From Chloroflexia bacterium (GTDB taxonomy: Bacteria; Chloroflexota; Chloroflexia; DTKN01): 64,000 bases of DNA. The notes beneath the pieces were generated by a model. It saw only the letters and a program-made list of their open reading frames with translations, was not told the origin of the DNA and did not search any database. The position numbers and the translations under genes were made by a program. Numbering within the stretch: position 1 is the stretch's first letter; each line of letters starts with the position of its first letter. Location of the stretch: NCBI GenBank assembly GCA_041082245.1, contig JBDOIE010000015.1, positions 18,589 to 82,588 on the forward strand, given 5' to 3'. Below, in pieces: positions 59,788-64,000 of the stretch.

Positions 59788-59820
59788 GGGGCCCGGGGAA
59801 TGCCCGGGCCCCGTTTTCTT
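59788..59820. terminator. Intrinsic terminator: 10-bp stem GGGGCCCGGG / CCCGGGCCCC (GAATG loop) followed by GTTTTCTT. Bidirectional between the protease gene and the convergent minus-strand gene.
   Basis: Read directly. It is 20 nt after the protease stop. The T-run overlaps the stop of the minus-strand gene. Confidence 0.7.
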
Positions 59821-60664
59821 ACTGGCCGGCGAAGGTATCCAGCAGCAGCGCGAGTGCCTCGGCGACGTCGCGATGCGTGTCCCCGGTGCACTGGCTGGCC
59901 AGCACGTCTACGAGCTCGTGCAGCCTTGTGGCGGTTTCTGGCGGAAGGTGCGACAGCATGGCGCGCGCCTGTTCGGCCAGGTCAGGGGCGTGGGCAAAGA
60001 GGGGACGTGCGTAGAGCAACGGGCGCAGCTGGGCGGAAAGGTAGAGCAGGCGGGCACGGGGCTCCCAGCGGGCCATCTTCCAGATCGTGACGTCGTCTTC
60101 TTCCTTTTCCATCTGGTAGGCGGCCAGGGCGACCTGATCGTCGATGAAACCGTGCTGCACCAGCAGCCGCACTGCTTCGAACCCCTTGATGGCGATGGCG
60201 ACATAGTAGAGCACCTGCTGGAGCACTTCCATCTCCACGCCCCGCGCGCGGCTCAGGAGGATCAGGCGGCGCGGGATGGAGAAACGGTAATAGTCCGGCC
60301 GGCCGTGCAAGACGCTATGGGCGACCACCTGATGTAATGCTCCCCGTTGCAAAAGGGGTGGGTGGCAAAGGAGTCGCTCCAGGCATACATTCAGCCGTGG
60401 GACGCCCTCCCAGGCATCGTGCGTGGCGAGAAATCCCTCCTCCCCGGCAGTGACCACGCCGGCCTCGAGCCGCTTCTGCGCGCTGTATGTGCGCCACGCC
60501 TCGAGCGTCTCGAACAGGGCAAGCACCACGGTGTCAGGCGTACGTACGGTGAGCGCCCGGTAGCACAACTCGATTTCCCGGAGGATGGCCCGGCAGGTGT
60601 CTTCCGAGACTTCCCCGTACGTCTCGATCTCGATCTGAGGCACGTCTTTCAGACCATGGTCCAC
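59819..60664 (-). CDS. Hypothetical protein (281 aa), translationally coupled downstream of sbcC. No recognisable domain.
   Basis: GTG start at 60664 with a GGAGGAGGG RBS embedded in the sbcC 3' end (16-nt overlap). Balanced composition. No Mre11/SbcD phosphoesterase motifs. Confidence 0.5.
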   Translation of the reverse strand: MDHGLKDVPQIEIETYGEVSEDTCRAILREIELCYRALTVRTPDTVVLALFETLEAWRTYSAQKRLEAGVVTAGEEGFLATHDAWEGVPRLNVCLERLLCHPPLLQRGALHQVVAHSVLHGRPDYYRFSIPRRLILLSRARGVEMEVLQQVLYYVAIAIKGFEAVRLLVQHGFIDDQVALAAYQMEKEEDDVTIWKMARWEPRARLLYLSAQLRPLLYARPLFAHAPDLAEQARAMLSHLPPETATRLHELVDVLASQCTGDTHRDVAEALALLLDTFAGQ

Positions 60665-63228
60665 CGGCTGCCCTCCTCCGTCCGTTCGATTTCGATTCGC
60701 ACCGGGAAACGCTCCTTCAGCTCCTGGAGGTGCGTGATCACAAGGATTTTCTCGAAATCGCCTTCGACTGAGTGGATCGCCTCGACGAGCTTTTCCCTCC
60801 CCTGGGTGTCCTGGCTGCCAAACCCCTCGTCGATCACAAGCGTCTGGAGGCGTGCCCCGGCGCGCCGCGCAAGCAACCGGCTCAAGGCGATCCGCAGCGC
60901 AAAGTCGATGCGGAGCTTTTCGCCGCCGGAAAACATCTCGTAGGGCCGGGTACCGCGCAGGTCCGACACGTGGATATCGAGCGTCTCCTGGACCGTGCCC
61001 TTTTGCGTCACCCGCTGCATGGCGACCTGCACGGACATCTCTCCGTCGCTCATCTGGCGCAGCAGCAGGTTCGCTTCCTGTTCGATTTCCGGTACGGCGG
61101 ATTCGATGAGCATTGCCTGTACACCGCGCTTGCCGAGCGATTCCAGGAGCTCCTGATAGATCGCTACCTGATCGCGGCGCTTCTTGAGTTCTCGTTCCTT
61201 CTCCTTGCGCTCTTCACCCAACCGCTCGAGCTGCTGCAGCTCCCCCAGCGCGGCGCCGAGCGCTTGATCCGCGCGCTGGAGCTGGAGTTGCGCCGATTTC
61301 CAGGCGCTCTCCAATTGCTGCCGGCGGTGCTGCAAGGCCGCCCATTCGGCAAGCACCTCTTGCAGCTGCTGCAGTTGCGTCTCTACGCATTGAAGCTCGT
61401 CTTCCCGCTCCAGGAGTGCAGTCCGTGTCTCGCCGAGGAGCCGTTCCTCCGCCTCGAGCTGCATACGGGCCGCGGTGAGCTGCCGGTATTCCCCTTCGAT
61501 CCCTCTCAAGCGCAGCAACTCCTTCCGCAGGGCATCGTGCTCCGCCCGATCGTAGGGAAGCGTCTCCAGTTCCTGACGCACCGCCGTTAGGGCCCTGCGT
61601 GCCTCGTGGGCGAAATCCCCGCCTGCGAGTGTATTCTCTATGCTCGCCAGCGCCGCTTGGTCCCGAGCCTGATCCTGAGCAAGATGCTCCAGTTCTGCGA
61701 GCATCCGCTCCAGCACCGCCCGCTCCTGCTCGAGCAGGCTGCGTCCTCGCAACTGCTCTTCCAATTCCTGGAGCTTGCCGCGCAAGCGGGCGATCTCCTT
61801 CTCTTCCTGCTGGGCGGCGGCTTCCCTGGCGCGGTAGAGGTCTCTTTTCTCCTTGTCCTCCGCTTCATAGCTTCGCCGCACGCGTTCCAGACCCTCGGCA
61901 CCCAAAGGGCTCTGGCACAGGGGGCAGTTCGCCTCGCCTTCCGCGAGAAGCGCCAGTTTCTCCCGCAGCAGTGACATCTCCTCCCTAAGACGCTGGCATT
62001 CCGCGCGAAGGGTCTGGACGGTTTCCATCCGGGCACGCTCTTCCGCCTGAAGGGCTGTTCGCTGCTGCTCCAGTTCTTGAGCCTGCTCGAGCTGTTGGGC
62101 CAGCCGATTCAGTCGCTCGAGGAGCTGCGGGCGTTCCCGTAGCCGGTGCTCCCGTTCCGCGATCTGCCGGCGGAGGACTTCGCGCTCCGTCACGTAGCGA
62201 CTGCGTTCCCTTTCGATCGCTTGCTCGAGTTCACGAACCTGTTCCGCAAGGGCAAGGCGCTGCCCGGCCATCCGGGAGAGCTCTTCGTTCCGCTCCTGGA
62301 GCTGCCGGAAATGCATGTACGCCGCTTCGATCTCCGGGGCCTGCTCCAGGATCCGACGGGCGGCCTCTACGCGCTCCTGTTGTTGCGCGCAACGCGCGCG
62401 GAGTTGTTCGACTTCCGATTTCAGGCGGGTTCGCCGTTTTTCCGTCTCCGTGAGGTGTAACCGTTGAGCCTCGAGTTCGGACATCCGCGCGCGAACTTCT
62501 TCGAGGGCGCGCCATTGCCGGTCGAGTTCTTCCTGCCATCGGGCAACATCCTGGGCTGCCTGCTCTTTCGCCCTTTCCAGTTCCTCCTGGCGTGCGAGCT
62601 GGCGCTCCAGTGCTTCCAGCGCGATCGCCAGGTCCTGCACCCGGCGCTCTTCGAGCCGGAGGCGCTCGCGTGCCCGTTCCTCTAGGCGCTCGTAATACGC
62701 TAACCCAAGGATATCCGCGAGGACTTGTTTCCGTTCGGCTGGTGGTTTCAACGTGAACAGATCTGCTTTTCCCTGAAGCAGGAAGGACGAGTTCACGAAG
62801 GTTTCATAGTCCATACGCAGGAGATCGACGATCCGCCTTTCAGTCTGTGGTACATTTTCCCCGGCGATCGAGCGCCAGCCCAGAGGGCCAAAGGCTTCCA
62901 GCTCCAGACGGGTGCGCCCGGACTTTTTCCCTGCGCCGGCCCCGCCTCTCTGCGCCCGTTCTCGCTGCCGGCGGACCCGGTAAGGGGTTCCTTCCAGAAG
63001 GAATTCGAATTCCACCTCCATCTCGTTCGCCCCGGTGGAGATGAGGTCGTCATCCGTGCGTCCGCGGGCGCGCCCCCAGAGCGCCCAGGTGATCGCGTCG
63101 AGCAAGGCGGACTTGCCGGCGCCGTTCGGGCCGGAGAGGCACGCCAGGTGGATATCGCCGAATTCGAGGGGTGGAAGGCCCTCGCGGTAGCACATGAAGT
63201 TGCGTAGTCGCAACGCGACCGGGATCAT
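60649..63228 (-). CDS. sbcC: SbcC/Rad50-like SMC-family ATPase with a zinc hook (CPLCQ)
   Basis: N-terminal Walker A (LSGPNGAGKSALLDAITWALWG), long coiled coils, a central CxxC hook, and a C-terminal signature (FSGGEKLRIDFALRIALS) plus D-loop (LVIDEGFGSQD). ATG at 63228 with a GGAGGTG RBS. Confidence 0.85.
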   Translation of the reverse strand: MIPVALRLRNFMCYREGLPPLEFGDIHLACLSGPNGAGKSALLDAITWALWGRARGRTDDDLISTGANEMEVEFEFLLEGTPYRVRRQRERAQRGGAGAGKKSGRTRLELEAFGPLGWRSIAGENVPQTERRIVDLLRMDYETFVNSSFLLQGKADLFTLKPPAERKQVLADILGLAYYERLEERARERLRLEERRVQDLAIALEALERQLARQEELERAKEQAAQDVARWQEELDRQWRALEEVRARMSELEAQRLHLTETEKRRTRLKSEVEQLRARCAQQQERVEAARRILEQAPEIEAAYMHFRQLQERNEELSRMAGQRLALAEQVRELEQAIERERSRYVTEREVLRRQIAEREHRLRERPQLLERLNRLAQQLEQAQELEQQRTALQAEERARMETVQTLRAECQRLREEMSLLREKLALLAEGEANCPLCQSPLGAEGLERVRRSYEAEDKEKRDLYRAREAAAQQEEKEIARLRGKLQELEEQLRGRSLLEQERAVLERMLAELEHLAQDQARDQAALASIENTLAGGDFAHEARRALTAVRQELETLPYDRAEHDALRKELLRLRGIEGEYRQLTAARMQLEAEERLLGETRTALLEREDELQCVETQLQQLQEVLAEWAALQHRRQQLESAWKSAQLQLQRADQALGAALGELQQLERLGEERKEKERELKKRRDQVAIYQELLESLGKRGVQAMLIESAVPEIEQEANLLLRQMSDGEMSVQVAMQRVTQKGTVQETLDIHVSDLRGTRPYEMFSGGEKLRIDFALRIALSRLLARRAGARLQTLVIDEGFGSQDTQGREKLVEAIHSVEGDFEKILVITHLQELKERFPVRIEIERTEEGSRWTMV

Positions 63229-63245
63229 CGTGCACCTCCGAAGGT

Positions 63246-63274
63246 AGTCTAGCATATAGCGACTCTCGGCGCAA
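63246..63274 (-). promoter_or_regulatory. Sigma70-like promoter for sbcC: TTGCGC, 17 bp, TAGACT, read on the minus strand
   Basis: Read directly. About 18 nt upstream of the sbcC ATG. Confidence 0.4.
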
Positions 63275-63280
63275 CCGCGT

Positions 63281-63309
63281 TTGTCCCGGGGGCCTATGTG
63301 TGCTATAAT
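63281..63309 (+). promoter_or_regulatory. Sigma70-like promoter: TTGTCC, 17 bp, TATAAT (TG-extended), for the PfkB-kinase gene
   Basis: Read directly. 28 nt upstream of the ATG at 63338. Confidence 0.5.
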
Positions 63310-63337
63310 CGGTATATCGTGGGGTACAGGAGAGCGC

Positions 63338-64000
63338 ATGGAAGAGGCGTGGCAGCCCGAAGTCCTCGTGATCGGCGCAGCGTGCCTGGATATCAAGGGG
63401 CACGTGTCCGGCCCCGTGCATCCCGGAACCTCGAATCCCGGGCGCGTACGTATCAGCATTGGCGGGGTTGCCCGTAACATCGCCGAGAACCTCGCGCGAT
63501 TGGGGACACGCACGACGCTGCTCGCCGTCGTGGCGCGTGATCCGTTCGGGGAGCAGATCGTGAAGCACACGGGCGCCGCGGGCGTGGACGTGAGCCAGGT
63601 GCTCTTCAGCCGCGACCAGCGGACCAGCGCTTATCTAGCGATCGTGGATGGGGAAGGGAACCTTACGGCCGCAGTGGATGACACGGCCACGACGGCAGAA
63701 TTGACCCCGCGCTACGTCTACCGGCGGCGCCGCCTGTTTCGAGCGGCGCGCATGGTTGTGGTCGATGCCAACACACCGGTCGCCACGGCACAGACGGTAC
63801 TCCGGATCGCGCATCACTACCGAGTTCCAGTATGCCTCGATCCTGTTTCCTATGAGTTGGCGCGCAGGTACCGGGAGCTGATCGGCCAATTCCACCTGTT
63901 GACCTGTGGACAAGTGGAAGCCGAGGCGCTGCTCGAGCAACCTGTACGTTCGCGCCGCGAGGCGACCGCAGCGGCGCGGCGGCTCGTCAGCACTGGCACT
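63338..64000 (+). CDS. PfkB-family carbohydrate/nucleoside kinase (ribokinase/pseudouridine-kinase-like), 3' end outside the window
   Basis: EVLVIGAACLDIKGHV ... GGVARNIAENLARLG pattern. The frame is open to the window end. Not in the ORF track because it has no stop. Confidence 0.6.
   Translation, partial: MEEAWQPEVLVIGAACLDIKGHVSGPVHPGTSNPGRVRISIGGVARNIAENLARLGTRTTLLAVVARDPFGEQIVKHTGAAGVDVSQVLFSRDQRTSAYLAIVDGEGNLTAAVDDTATTAELTPRYVYRRRRLFRAARMVVVDANTPVATAQTVLRIAHHYRVPVCLDPVSYELARRYRELIGQFHLLTCGQVEAEALLEQPVRSRREATAAARRLVSTGT

Overview
This is a high-GC (~70%) bacterial chromosomal window with densely packed genes on both strands. The composition and gene content look like a Thermomicrobia/Chloroflexota-type organism, but that is a guess. 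I ran no database searches. Every product call rests on motifs I recognise from memory in the supplied six-frame translations. Start sites were refined by hand using in-frame ATG/GTG/TTG codons with upstream GGAGG-like ribosome-binding sites. The ORF track writes GTG and TTG starts as M. I found no rRNA, tRNA, CRISPR array, IS element or integrase. Gene content from left to right:
- the C-terminal part of a PhnE-like permease (5' end outside the window);
- a UPF0182 membrane protein translationally coupled to an M28-like membrane protein;
- a bifunctional PGI/PMI gene;
- parA-parB, followed on the same strand by a class II fructose-bisphosphate aldolase, a GH57 branching-enzyme-like gene, two paralogous large membrane proteins, a DUF2079-like membrane protein and a Wzx-like flippase;
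- a contiguous minus-strand cell-shape and division block: mreB-mreC-mreD-PBP2-minC-minD-minE;
- yebC-ruvC, an L-serine dehydratase, a homoserine-dehydrogenase-like gene and a small three-cysteine protein;
- a minus-strand glycan operon: priming sugar-phosphate transferase, UDP-glucuronate decarboxylase, UDP-glucuronate 4-epimerase-like gene and a membrane-embedded spermidine-synthase-like protein;
- a GT-C-like membrane protein, a hypothetical membrane protein and an ammonium transporter;
- GH1 beta-glucosidase coupled to an MFS transporter, and a glutamine-dependent NAD synthetase (nadE);
- an eight-gene minus-strand operon: peptide-type ABC importer, CN-hydrolase, class III aminotransferase and class III CoA-transferase;
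- a roughly 1085-aa MalT-like STAND ATPase with TPR repeats and a C-terminal SARP-type DNA-binding module, next to a multi-domain secreted S8 protease;
- sbcC translationally coupled to an unknown 281-aa protein, with no adjacent sbcD, and a PfkB kinase running off the window end.
A recurring TTGnnn-17 bp-TAnnnT promoter architecture sits upstream of many operons, often as back-to-back divergent pairs. Candidates most worth follow-up for undescribed biology:
- the envelope-glycan cluster with two paralogous membrane proteins that share an unassigned N-terminal extracytoplasmic module;
- the sbcC-X pair lacking sbcD;
- the circularly permuted STAND-SARP regulator next to the multi-domain protease;
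- the glycan operon ending in a membrane-embedded aminopropyltransferase-fold protein;
- the nadE frame, which has no stop codon for about 1.27 kb past its conserved C-terminus and runs antisense through a complete CoA-transferase gene.
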